Source: Kudoa neothunni
Taxonomy: Eukaryota; Animalia; Cnidaria
DNA: 64,000 nt
Reading direction: 5' to 3'
Assembly (NCBI GenBank): GCA_964304625.1
Contig: OZ199838.1
Span: forward strand, 9,079,245 to 9,143,244
The position numbers and the translations under genes are program-made. Position 1 is the first letter of the stretch. Each line of letters starts with the position of its first letter. Shown piece by piece: positions 28,101 to 40,996 of the stretch. The notes under the pieces were generated by a model. It worked only from the letters and a program-made list of their open reading frames with translations. It had not been told where the DNA came from and did no database searches.

Positions 28101-31100
28101 ACTTAAAAAGAAATTTTTGGAGGTACCATTAAAGGATTATGGGATTAAAATATAGAAAAGGGTTAATCAGTAGCGAGACTCATCATAATTTACCATTTAT
28201 TTAATATTTAAATAATTAAAATTTCATAAAAATATATATTACAAATTCCATTAGACAATTTCTAATGAAAAAATTTACTTACTTTAATTAATTAATGGGG
28301 AAAACCATAAATCAAGCAATATCAAGACGTTGCTGTAATACTCAAATTAGGAAGAAAGATTAAAACAAAAAATGACTATATAACTACCCGGTTTATAATA
28401 ATAGTATTATTTATGATTTTGTACCTTTGGTGGCTTGTTATTTCTTTCATACAACAATATTACAGTAGCGGTAACGGCAACTTCATTGACTAAAAACAAA
28501 ATATAATTAGCGTATTCGTTGATTTTAAAAACTTTATTTTCTCGAGCATGTTCCGGTCTTTTTTGAAACTAAGCATAAAAATTGGTGTATGCACTCGTGA
28601 GCATCCCTAAAACACCTTAAGGTCAATTTAAAAAATCGATGAATGAAGAGCATAAAATTATCCACATTTTCAGAACACTACTATTCAATTAAAGGCGCAA
28701 GACTTCGCTATGACTCAATTTAGGAGGATTCTTCATTTTTTATCCCACTAAAACCAGTTTACGTGTGTTTATATTGTTCTCAATATTTTCCTTATACATT
28801 TTAACACGATTATAATTTCGACAAATTTTCAATATATGATATTATGAGTTCTTATGGTTTCTTTTAAATTTTAAAACCAAAACTATGAAAATATTAGGAT
28901 AATTTTAGATCAATAATATAAGATATTATTACAGAAAAATATTTATTGTGGAAAAATTCAATGAACTTTCAAGTTTTTGAACAAATTTATGGAATATGTT
29001 ACATATTATAAATCTAGATTGTAGAAACACTATACTTATTGTTAACTCGCTTAGTAGAAATAGTTTATCAGCGCTTAATTGCTGAGTTCTCGATTCTCAT
29101 AATCATTTACGCTTTGCATTAAAATTTATATTTAAAATGCGCTTCAACGTCCACAGAAATGAAAGCCTAGTTTGAATAAAAAATCGCTTTAACAGATTGA
29201 TATTTCTGACATCAATATGATGATTTATCCATAACTTTCTAGTTACTTCCCCCAAAACTCATATAGCTCTCAATCAATTGATGTCTGTGATCTGAATAGC
29301 TAATACGTTGGATAACAATAGGCCTTGAATCGAAACTTGACGTTTGATGAAGATTTTTGGGATATTTTTTCTGCGCGGCCATGAGCTATTGAAACTAAGG
29401 CCAAAGAACTTAATTGAGCTCAAAATATAGTCTACTGAGGTCCTTTAATATTATAGTTTCTAAAAAGCGTGACGTGTCACGCGTAGAAATTCTATTTAAT
29501 ACGCCATTAGTATTCAAAACAAGTAAACAGACTAGTAATTATACATAATTGAAGACATTACTCGATCATTAGAGGTGTTAAAAATTAGAGAAGCAGTAAT
29601 ATCAATTTTCCAGAATGAACACAAGCAATCTGAATGCATCATTGGCTGTTTCAACATATTTTTATAAAATTTAAAATGAAAGTTGAAATGTATAAATTTG
29701 GTTAATAACCGCCATTTCTCATTAATTTTTCACTAATATCTATAATAATTCTATATTAAAAAAATATAAAAAAATTTTTCCTCTGATTTTATCAATTGTC
29801 GAAAACTCGTTTAAAGAAACTATATCCGTTTCTATAGGTTAATATTAATGTAACGATATCATTTATCTTCAGCCAACAATAAATGATTTATTTAGATTTA
29901 TTGGAAACATATTTAATATTAACTGGGAATTTAATATAAATATCTTTTCAAGAATATAGATTTATATAACCTATTTTATATCAAAATTATGTAGTCTATC
30001 CCCTTAAACTTTTATCATTATAGTAGCTAGATAACCTTCAAGACAAAAAGTTTCTCTAAATTAAGTTCTTTCTAAAACAATGGAATGTAGTTGAAAGTGC
30101 TAATCACAGCAGGAAGGAGAGAAAAATTGTGATACGAATCACTCAAAGAAACGGGAGGAGTTATTCATGAATGCATCGTTTTTATAAGGTTAAAATTGAA
30201 TATTTATTAAATTTAAACAGTTCGATAGAAATTAACAAATGTACCAAGTTAATCCAGATTTGGATTTTTGTGTGTTATCAGGTATACTATACATGTTTAT
30301 AAATAAACAAATAAATACAGTAATTATATGGAATAATCCACAATGGAATACTCCAAAAGATATTATTTAACAAAAATCTTTTTGTATAACAAATAAAAAC
30401 AACCACATTTTTTGACTAGACTACGATTATTGATAAGAAGATTCGGAATGAACTAGTACAACCGCCTTGGTTTAATTAGGAACAGTTTTAAATAGGGGAT
30501 TACACCTGCTATTTTTGCATGATGCTTATAGATGTGCTAATTAGCGTTATCTCCATTACTATAATCTATATTTTATATTAAACATCAATCAGTTAATAGT
30601 TCAATCTTTTTTTAAACCCGTTATAAAAAACTCTATAAATCTTTAAATCGATTTTTTGATATTACTATTTCAATTAATTTTATTTCCTAATAAGCTCCGA
30701 TTCAGAATCATAGGAAAAGAATTTTCTGCCATATAATTGATTGTTTATTCGATCAATGAAGAGTGTAAAAAGTCAAATGACTTAGCTCACTACTCAATAA
30801 ATTGACAATGAGTATCCGTTAAATAGGTTGTTAGTTAGTAACCTTATTTAGAAACATTGTACCATAGGATTCATCTATTAAGGTGAATTATGATTTCAAT
30901 ACAAACAATAAAATTAACTAAGGATAAAAAAGATTTTAAACATCCGTTCAGGTATTAGATAATAGCGTTTTATGTTACTCAATGGTGATCTTCAATTTGG
31001 TCACATAAATGGATATGATGCTAATCCATCTCATAAGGGATTAGCCTTTATACATCCAAATTAAATATATTGTCATGTTGGATCAATTGATGCCTTATCG

Positions 31101-31842
31101 TCATTGGAAAGAATTGAAACTTGTATGTAATATATTTTATTTTAGCACAATGAACTGATAATTCGACCAATCGCTAACAACAGGTAGGCAGAATTTAAAT
31201 TTTGTCACCACTTAGGTCACTTGATTTTTTTAGTTGGGCGTTTAACTTATAAGCCTTTAGAGCATAATTATAACATTGTTGTAAAGTGCTGATTAATTTC
31301 AAAAATCCCCTTCGATTTTTTTAGCCAACTATATTCGACGCTAAAAATGGAATTATTCTAAATTTGAACGACAAAAAATTTTTTCAATCTCCTATTAAGA
31401 TGACTAGTTAATTAGTTTAATGGTTTATACAAATTTTACTTATTTTATTTTTACTCTATAGAATCGTAGCGTAGAGCGAGAGATTAAATGTTCTGTATAT
31501 TATTTCTATGAATACGTTTTGTAGATGATTATTTTTGTTGTTTTAATAACTTTATTTTCAGTTAAAATTCAACATTAAATATTTCTGTATTGATTATGTT
31601 TGTAAATTGTTGTAATTATTATTTATTTCCTGTTTTATGGCATTCAATTAATGGGTTTATCTACTTTTAGCTTGTGTCATAATTTTTGAAAATCTCAGAT
31701 CCTTCTAAATCAAGATTACCAGGAAATACTATTGACTATAGACTTGTTGATCTGGTTGGTTGTTGATACAACAAAAATACACAAACTAAGCACACATAAA
31801 TCCACACCTAATTTTAGCAGAAAATAACGTATTAACATTAAT

Positions 31843-33154
31843 ATGGAGGATAAAAAACATGGTACCATTGCTGATTTGATTTATGCAGCCGAATTGGTTA
31901 TGGCATTGGAGAATGATCAGATGGCAGCGCCCAAATCGCCAAATCATTGGCAGGGGATGGATGCATCATCCTTTGATGATAATTTGTGTGATCGTTCATA
32001 CAGCCCGTGCTGTCAAGTTGTTAATCATCAAGAAAAAAAATTAAATTGTGTTGTTTGCGATTGTGTAACTAGCTTTTTTGCTTTTTTGAGGATCATTAAA
32101 ATTTCCTAATAGCAAATAGACACTCCACCAAACACGACATTGCGATGTAACAGTGTATTCCAGCGAGTTGGAAAATGCGAACCTTCCTGTGAGAGGAAAC
32201 GTTGTTGTCTTGATCCTGAATGTCGATATCACGTGTAATATATAATATATCGCTCAAGCATAATGAATAATTCATGAATTCAGATTATTTGAAAAACCAC
32301 CCTTCTCATATGGTCAGCTCATTTCACAAGCAATTAGCACTAGCGAATTTGGAAAGTTGACACTGAGTAGTATCTACAGCTATATTACGAAGAATTATAG
32401 TTACTTTGATATGAACGACAAAGGCTGGCAAAACTCCATTCGTCATAACTTATCTTTAAGAAAGGATTTCGTTAAATTACCAAAAAGAAATGATGCGACT
32501 GGCAAGGGATGCTACTGGACGTTGAATCCAGAGAGAAAAAATGAGTTGATTGCCTTGGCCTTTAAAAAAAAATCTCAGAGGAAAACAACCAGACAAAGAC
32601 ATGTTTCAGATAGTTATTTGAACTCTCACTATCGCATCAATTTTAACCCACATTCGAACGTTCATGAGGAACAGTAATTGCTCTATATTTTTATTTTTTT
32701 AAATAAACGCCAAAAGATTTATTCATCCATCCATAACCTACAAAACCTATCCTTACTATCCCAACGCTAATGATAGTGGAGTCCTAATAGTCAATTTGCC
32801 TTTAAATAATGGTTTCATGCCCAGTGCTCCAACGAATCAACCTCTCACCAATTTGTTCCATCACTGCAACCTTCAAGCCCGAAATCGGAGCGTAACTGAC
32901 CCTCCTACTGTACAAAATAACAACACCATAATAAATCATTCCAATTATATGCACTATCAAATAAGGCAAACTGGCAATCCAATTACAGTTTATAATCCAA
33001 AAGGCACAATATATTATGAAACATCCTTGTCTGACAATTCAAATTCACAACAACTCCATCGATAAAATAATTCCACTACAGATTTTACACAATCACCATA
33101 TGTCGTCAAAGAGCATTATCAAGAAAAATTTATGAACCTTTTCATTATCATTAG
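31843..33154 (+). CDS. Forkhead-box transcription factor, FoxK-like DNA-binding domain
   Basis: KPPFSYGQLISQAI...LTLSSIYSYITKNYSYF...DKGWQNSIRHNLSL...GKGCYWTLNP at about 32295-32530. QLIxQAI and DKGWQNSIRH are FoxK-type. The 3' end is uncertain (32770, 33065 or 33154 depending on splicing). Confidence 0.9.
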
Positions 33155-33622
33155 GACCCTAATTACTTATTGCATCATCCATATAATAATTAATGGAAAT
33201 AGTTAGAAGATTTTTAGCTGTTGTCAATGTATTATTTGATATATTGAATTTTTTTTCAATCGTGATTTGATATAATATACATTGGAATATTTTTTAATTT
33301 ATTCACAATCAATGTTTAATGTTGTTATATTGCTGAACGATTTTCATTTATGTTTAAAAAATTAATTTATAATTTACAATGAAATATTAGTATTTTAATT
33401 TTTGGGGCATTAAATGTAGAATACGATTGAAATCGAGCTTTTCACCGGAATATATGATTCAAAATCGATATTTAACTTGGATTGTAAATTACTCTTGAAA
33501 ACTTTATCTGAACCCTCCGAGCATTTCCTAATTGGCTATAAACCTGGCGACTTTGGATCGAAAAAGACCCCAAGCTGCTTGGAGGGTTAATATGCATTTA
33601 AATATCTAAATGATTCCTATAA

Positions 33623-34783
33623 CCCTTCCTTCCCGGGGTGGGGTATTTCCCATACCTCAAAAGAAACATTTTTTGTTCTACTCAAAGCACGAGAATTTTT
33701 ATAATGTTCCTATAAACTTATAAGGCTTCCATTTAAACAAAAAAAATTGTATTTGAAATTTTATAAACTAAGAATTATACTCTTCTAAAAATCGAGAGAT
33801 AATTATTTCCTTAATAACGTATTACTAATTTGTATTTCTATTTAATATATACTTTAACATCATTTAATAAATAAAATCCCCATATTACAAACTGGAAAAG
33901 GCATGTTTGAATCAAAGTAAAACTGATTGGGTATTTACGAAAATTAATTCGATAATACTTTACTAATCTGAAGGCTTGCGCGCATTCCAAGTTTGTATAA
34001 ATTTTTCATATGTGAGATGATTTATTGTCTTGAATTAATTAAAAAAATTAAAGAAGCCGTTGGGATCTCATTTAGTATAGGCACTTAATCCTTAGACACA
34101 CAATGAGGATTATTGTATTTATTACGCCGTCATGTATGAGATTAGACGAAACATTTATATTTAAAATTTTGATTTCCTCCAGATAAAAAGAGCAAATAAT
34201 GTTTTTTGAGATCATTTCTGATGAAAAAAACTGTAAAAATCGCTAAAAGTGGGGGAGCCACACGCTCCACAATTACCATAAAGTTCAGCCTATTGTTGTT
34301 GTTATTATCGTCTCTTTAACTCACATTCATTTTAAAATAGATGTAGACGTCTTATTTTAAACCAATTCGATTTCCGCAATTAGTTATAATACTCACGCAC
34401 AAGTGGATCCAAACCAGGCGGGAGACAATCCAATTATACCGATAAAATACATCATTACTAGCAATCTTTGTTGCTAGTAATGATGTATTCATATGTTTCG
34501 GCCATATTTATTGATTTATGTGGTTTAAATCATTGTTCGATTGAAAAATAGGTGAATTGATCGATTGTACTCTCTTGTAGCTGCACTTTATTGTATTTGC
34601 AATATTGTCGTTTCATTTATTACAGAGGCTGAGACAATTTTCTATGTTAACGTATATTAATATATATGTTCATGATAGTTTAAATTTTGTAGACTTTGAA
34701 GAGTGTAAAATTGACTAAGGCATATTTTTGACGGGGTGCGGCAGTTACCACGCATAATTTTTTTTGACGCAGTACGGGAAGGG
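33623..34783. mobile_element. piggyBac-like non-autonomous element
   Basis: Termini ATAA|CCCTTCC...GGAAGGG|TTAA, with similar GGGGTG-containing sub-terminal motifs. Confidence 0.5.
34446..34489. repeat. Perfect 19-bp inverted repeat with a 6-nt spacer
   Basis: AATACATCATTACTAGCAA-TCTTTG-TTGCTAGTAATGATGTATT. Confidence 0.95.
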
Positions 34784-35656
34784 TTAAGCAATTATCATTT
34801 AACTATCAAGTTGCATCTTAATGTGGAAACACTGTAATAAAAGCTTTAATTATTACGCTTTGCTACCAATTGGGGCACATGATAAAAGCACACAATAGCA
34901 AATGAAAACTTATGAAGATTAATAACTTCAGTAATGCAAAAACAAATTAGTTGAAAAATAAATAATTTAAGCTCAGTAATGAATAAGATACTAAAACAAG
35001 ATATACATCAACGAAAACGGTGACTATTGACACCTGGAAATTTAAGTCAGCATTTCGCGGATGCACGTGGCAACACTAGTCATAAAAATCATAATTCCTT
35101 TTCATGGGTTAAAAATAAAGTTTATTTTTATAATTTAACATTATCATGGCCACACACACCAAGATTTAATATGCATTGGTCAACAAACTTTAATTTTTAA
35201 AGGGGCATAAGAATATTTGGAAATATTTAAATAATGACATTCATATTTAATAATATATTATATAACTTTTCAAGCATAATATTAATCATTCAAACGCTGG
35301 TATTAACCAAATAACTAAATAAAATGAAGATAACCCTTAAATTGGTGTTCGTGGATACTCGGTATTTTTCAACATAACTGCCTCAAAATCATTTTAATTT
35401 TATTCTATTGGTTCAAGGTTGAAATTTTATGGCGAAATTAAAAAATAACGAAATTAGAAATCGTTCAATATCTTCTTACTAGTGTTGAGCTCATATAATC
35501 ATATAAAATTACTTTGAATGAATTAATCTTATAATATTAATTATTTGGTTCAGATAACTAGCGTCCGACTATGTTTTTAGTTACAACAAATGGTTAAGGT
35601 TATTGAGGACGACAGAAATCTTCGGATGAAATCGGTCGACTACACGCGTATTCACA

Positions 35657-36252
35657 ATGGTATGCCTTACCTCTTCTTAAATTTATTTTACTGTTCATGT
35701 TTAGGTTGAGGCTTCATCGGTTACAATTAGACCAAGAAAATTTATGACAAACCCACTTTTATGTAGAAAACAAATGGTATTATTGGTGTTACATGGGAAT
35801 TGTTGGTTGAATGTGATTTTTATTAGATCTTGAATATTTCTCATCCAGGTAAGGCTTCTGTATCAAGAAAAGAAGTTCAGGAAAAACTAGCTGAAATGTT
35901 CAAAACTTTGCCAGATTGTGTTGTTTGCCACAAAATGCATATTCAGTTTGGTGGTGGTCGCAGCACTGCTCTCGCTCTCATTTATGATAGTGTGGACTAT
36001 CTGAAAAAATTTGAACCAAAATACAGACAAATCAGAGTAGTTTTTAGCAAGTTAATTGGTTTTACAATGTGTTACCACGTTTAGAAGGGACTTATAACCA
36101 AGTCCAAAGTGACTCGTCGCATGAAGAAAGATATCAAACACAGAGTCAAGAGAGCTAGAGGTGTTGCCGCTATGGTTGCAGCCACTCAAGCTGCTGGCTC
36201 GAAGAAGGTATATCTACTTTTATTGTTGTGATATTAATCGCATTTTTAGTAA
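35657..36252 (+). CDS. RPS24: 40S ribosomal protein S24 (eS24), 4 introns
   Basis: Spliced: M|VEASSVTIRPRKFMTNPLLCRKQM|ILNISHPGKASVSRKEVQEKLA...FGGGRSTALALIYDS...KKFEPKYRQIR|KGL...GSKK|TAA. Confidence 0.97.
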
Positions 36253-36676
36253 TGTCTTGAAGCCTCTTTTAATTGATATGACAATAGTAGAGTCTGTTAT
36301 AATAAATTAGTTCTTTGTCTCTCTTCGCTCTGTTTCCGCACAGCTTTAGAAAATTATTTCCTATTTTTTATACATAGTTATCCAAATTAGATGGACTTCA
36401 TCTGAAACGTTAGATAGAAGTTTGGTTTTATGGTGCTCAGTTTTACTAGTGTCGCACTTTAAGGCTTTCTTCTGAACCATTTTATCACTGCCTGGGGTTG
36501 TATTCTCCGCGTGTTATTTTTAGATTATTTAAGTGTTGGATTCATCGAGTATTCTGATTTTAAATTTAGCCTGCATAATTGATTTTTTGCATTCGAATAA
36601 TAGATGTGAATATTTTATTTTAACTGAGGATATGGAAACAAAACCACGGATAACTTGAATGCCGGACTCCGCTTTG

Positions 36677-36696
36677 TATATATATATATATATATA
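36677..36696. repeat. (TA)n microsatellite
   Basis: About 10 TA units seen directly. Confidence 0.9.
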
Positions 36697-36999
36697 TTAT
36701 ATTTGAGTATTACATCAAAAGCTGTTGGAGTTAGAAAATAATTACAATGAGGGACTGCAGGTACGCACATTTGCTTTTTCATACGGAATTTACTACTTGT
36801 TGGGCAATACGCACGTTTTTCCCTGAAAATTGACCTTGAAATCGTATGCGTATACTATTTGATTGTTATGTATGGCTGACAAAAACCTTCATGTTATGCC
36901 TATAATTAAGAGAAAATACTATTTGTTAAAATATTTGGAGTTTAAACCTGAAAAATAAAAGCTATATCATTAAAAATTCTGTTGTTGTTTTCATATTAA

Positions 37000-37760
37000 G
37001 TTTAAACAATATCCTATCCAAGAAATTACACATTATTTTTATAAATGACAGTGGAGCCGTAAATATGAAACAACCGAACAAATGACGAATTAGGCGAATA
37101 ATCTAAGAATGGATTACTTTAATATGATCAAATATTTTGAGTTATTCATCGTATGAAATTATTTTTAAACATAAAGAAATTGTGAAGAAGATTATGAAAA
37201 ACGCATATGATGTTAGCTATGGTTAGTCTTAAGTTTTTAAAGAAAATTTAATCTGCGTAGTTTTAACTTTATAGTGACCCCAAAATCGTTGATGAATGTA
37301 TGTCTAAGAATTACTCTGAACAATTCAAAACTTAAGATGGGGATGAATTTTAACTAAGACAAAGTTCTATTTCAATTTTAATGAAACTTTCTATATAAAA
37401 AATAATAAAAATAACGAAAGTAATCTCTTGGTTGAACATGACGATTCTCAACTGCTTAAAACCTTATTCAAGTATCATTTTTGGAATATGTAAATATCGA
37501 AGTAAAGATGATGAAAGAATAGTAAAATTCCTTCATTTATACCCGAGACATTAGCCCATCCTATTTAATAACAGTTGGTGACAAAATATCTAAATCACCA
37601 AAAAGCTATATAAATGCCTCAAATATATAAAGGTTATTTAACTAAAAATGGATCTATTTATTTCTAAAAGTAAGCCTAAAAGTCGGAAGAGAAATTATTC
37701 GACATATTCAAGGGATGTAAAACAAGTAAAAATAACCGATGTTTCTTAAAGTAAAATATT
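37000..37760 (+). mobile_element. Possible decayed MULE transposase fragment
   Basis: Remnants FWN... and AHPI..QLVTK near 37480-37590 resemble MULE C-terminal WN...HP motifs. Heavily interrupted. Confidence 0.25.
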
Positions 37761-38929
37761 ACAACGATAATCGAACACTAATCATATTTTGAATATACGC
37801 ATTTTTTCTCCAATCCCCAAGGGATTACGTGTTACTCGTCACCCATTGTGTATACTCGCAATAGTTCATTTCAGTTAGAATTAAATTATAGACACTTTAT
37901 GTGGCGACTCCTTTTCAATGAATTTTCATAAAGGTTCACGTGAGCATTACAGCAGGTAACCGATTTTTCGCATTTTTCTGCGCGCGCCAGGGGGAAATTA
38001 AGTTTGTCCCTGCAGATTTATACAACGATATTATTCTACCCTCATTTTGTATAAATTATATTATTGAATAATATATTACATTCAGCTTATAGTATAATTA
38101 AGGGTCTCTATGAACCAATCTAAATTATAGGATGTGCGACATGTACACTAAGAAAACAAGAATTCTCGTCAATACGTTTACATTAATTATTATTAATATG
38201 GCTACATCTTTTAAAATAAGAGTTATTGCATTAACATAATTCGCGTATTTCTCTTGACGTAGAATACCTTCAGTAAAGACACGAAATAACATGATAAAAT
38301 AGCCAGTAGATGTTAGTAAACGGGATTTGTATCCATGCGGAAGTCCGAATTATCGTAAAGCAATATGTACGTTTATCAAAGATAACAAAATTTGATTTTA
38401 AAAAACAGTTTTAAGGAGAATGACATGGAAAATATATATACATTATACAAATTTGCCATCCAACTAAAGGAAAATTATTTTTACCACATGCTCGTCAGTG
38501 CAAAAATAGGATTAAATGCTGAAAAACCTGCTAATCCTCTTGCCGTCGAAAAAACAGGGATAAAAACGTTTTACTGATTTAGAATTTCTAAAATATTATA
38601 ACAAATGGAGTTATAATGATTCCTTGAAAACTAGAACGTTTCGAAAACGTTTATTGTAAGATTTCCAAAAGTGCGGAAAATAGTTTAACTACTATAATAT
38701 TAATATGGCTTATTTTACGTGATTAATAGAAAACACTTTGATTATTGAGAATTCTCTTGAAATATTTAATAATATTGTGATCTATAAAACGAGTATCTAT
38801 CCAGCAAAATGCGGAATTTTCGATTCAAAAATTTGACTCCCATTAAATTAATTTATGATTCCAATGTACATATATCTCATCTTTCACAAATATTCACATT
38901 AGAATAATAAAGACTTAAATAGCTACATA

Positions 38930-40475
38930 CAGTCAAGATTCGATATTGCATAATTTTTAGGACCGAGGGAAAATTACGTGAAAAAAAGTTCGATGCGATA
39001 TCGAGGCGTGCGCATGCGCGAGAGGAGTAATTTCAGGACGTCCAGACCTTGGGAAAAATACCAAAGATTTGGGGATTTTTCTACCAACCTTAGGTTCTTC
39101 GGAGTTTATTTCATTCTAAGCTAATTCCTGGATTTTTTATTTATTTGCTAAACGTGTAGATTACTGAATAATCAGAGATCAATTTATAAATAATAAGTTT
39201 TAGAATTAGATAAAATAATTATATATATTGTTTTAGTAATGATGAGAATAAAAATTATTCTAAGTTTTAAAAAGGTATCATGATTGTCGACAACGCGCTG
39301 TTTTCCGATCCTTGGATAATTGTTATCTGATCAATTGTTCTTATTATTCTGTAGTTGTAGTTGGGTATATCAGCGCTGTCTTTAAATTTTCTATTTTTTT
39401 AATAATATATTTTGATGTTATTGACGAATATTATTTTGATTTATGAATGAAAATTCAAACGGAGCTAAAAAAGCGTTGTATAATGAGCCCCAATCAAGAT
39501 TGGTTAAAAGTAGATTTTAAAGATTGGCTTGATCAAGATTCTAAGGACAGCAATTCCAGCTACTGCAAGCGTTAAACGAATTTTTCATTAATGAATACAG
39601 TAAAAACTAAACAAACTAACTCATTAAAGGTTGAAACTATAAAATGTAAATTTCTCGCAAAGCAGTTGCTCCGAAGAAATAATAATATACGTGCTTAACG
39701 TCGCATCCAACAAATAAACTAATACATGATGTGAGCAGCGGTACTGTGGGCCAACAATTACTTTGAACGCTTGGAAAATAGATCAGACTTCTTAACTGAG
39801 GGTTGTGAAGATGAAGACAATTAAACTGAGGGAAATAATAAAATACGCTTAGAATAAAAATTTTTGTTATTTTAATAAATCTACATATCAATAGATATAC
39901 GGATAATGCTCGCAGCTTCGCCAGGAAAATGATTAAAATCTTGTTTTAAACGCCCCCAACGATCCCCTATTTGCCATTAAATTTTGAAAGTAGTCCGTTT
40001 TTTCAATGATGGTACTATTTCAAGAACTATGTCTCCAGAAATAATGTAACTATTCGTGCGTTTTTTGATAAACTATTCGTAAACTTCTTCGTCTATGTCG
40101 ATGAATCTTCCTATATCTTGTAACGTCTGAATTTTTCAGATCGGTTTCATAAGAAATAAATCCGTCAAGAATTGAATTTTCCTGAAGATAAATAGTAAGA
40201 TAGAATAAAAATAACTATACCATTAAGTATGAATTTCTCAGCCGTAATTTTCTTGGTATTTTTTATTGTTTTTATTCAGATGAAATACTGTATTATTCTA
40301 ATTTTCTTAGAATTATCACGCTGTTTTCTCCACATATTGAGGGTAAAATCACGAAATATTGAGTCAATGGCACATAGAAACAATATTTTCCTTATTTTTT
40401 TGAAATTCATAACTTATTAATTGTAATTATTATCATAATGAAAATTTTAAATTACGCAATATCCAATCTCGATTG
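38930..40475 (-). mobile_element. pogo/Tigger-like transposon, same terminal-repeat family as 51069-53006
   Basis: TA|CAGTCAAGATTCGATATTGC...GCAATATCCAATCTCGATTG|TA. Minus-strand remnant FIDIDEEVYE*FIKKRTNSYIISGDIV matches the CENP-B-type HTH. Confidence 0.85.
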
Positions 40476-40996
40476 TATATGGAAACAAAATTAACGAACA
40501 AATTCATTCCAAGTTAATTAGACAGAATATCAAATACTAATCAGTTTAAAAATAATGTAAATGAAGCACATAAAGTCTAGAAAAAACATTGAAAATTATG
40601 GTCATTATGAAATATCCCGTATGCAATTGTTAGTCCATCTGTACCAAAATTATCAAATGAAATTCATATAAGCGCTATGGACACACTCTCTATTTTATCG
40701 GAAAATGCGATTTTCAATCGAATAATTAATTTTGGATGCCCTAAAGTGTCACTCATAAAAAAACAACCATATTTTCCTTATTTAACAGTATAATCTTTAT
40801 ATTTTATACATAGTATGAAGCTACAACAAAATTGAGATCAAACCTTCATTCAAAAATGATAAAAATATAACAATGACCAGTATCACAATTAACAAGATGG
40901 CTTCATTTGAAAAGGGGTGACAATATAGATACATACAACGAATAAAACAAGCCTTATCACTTTCTCTACAAACCTATTCTAAAATTATGACTAATA

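Noticed and set aside
33063-33205. Stop-codon readthrough or reassigned TAA in the Fox gene
   Set aside because: A 53-nt GT-AG intron (about 33029-33081) can remove the TAA, and TAA, TAG and TGA all end genes normally in this window.
39895-39930. Helitron-like terminus (GCTCGCAGCTTCGCC)
   Set aside because: Short, degenerate match with no CTAG end or partner terminus.
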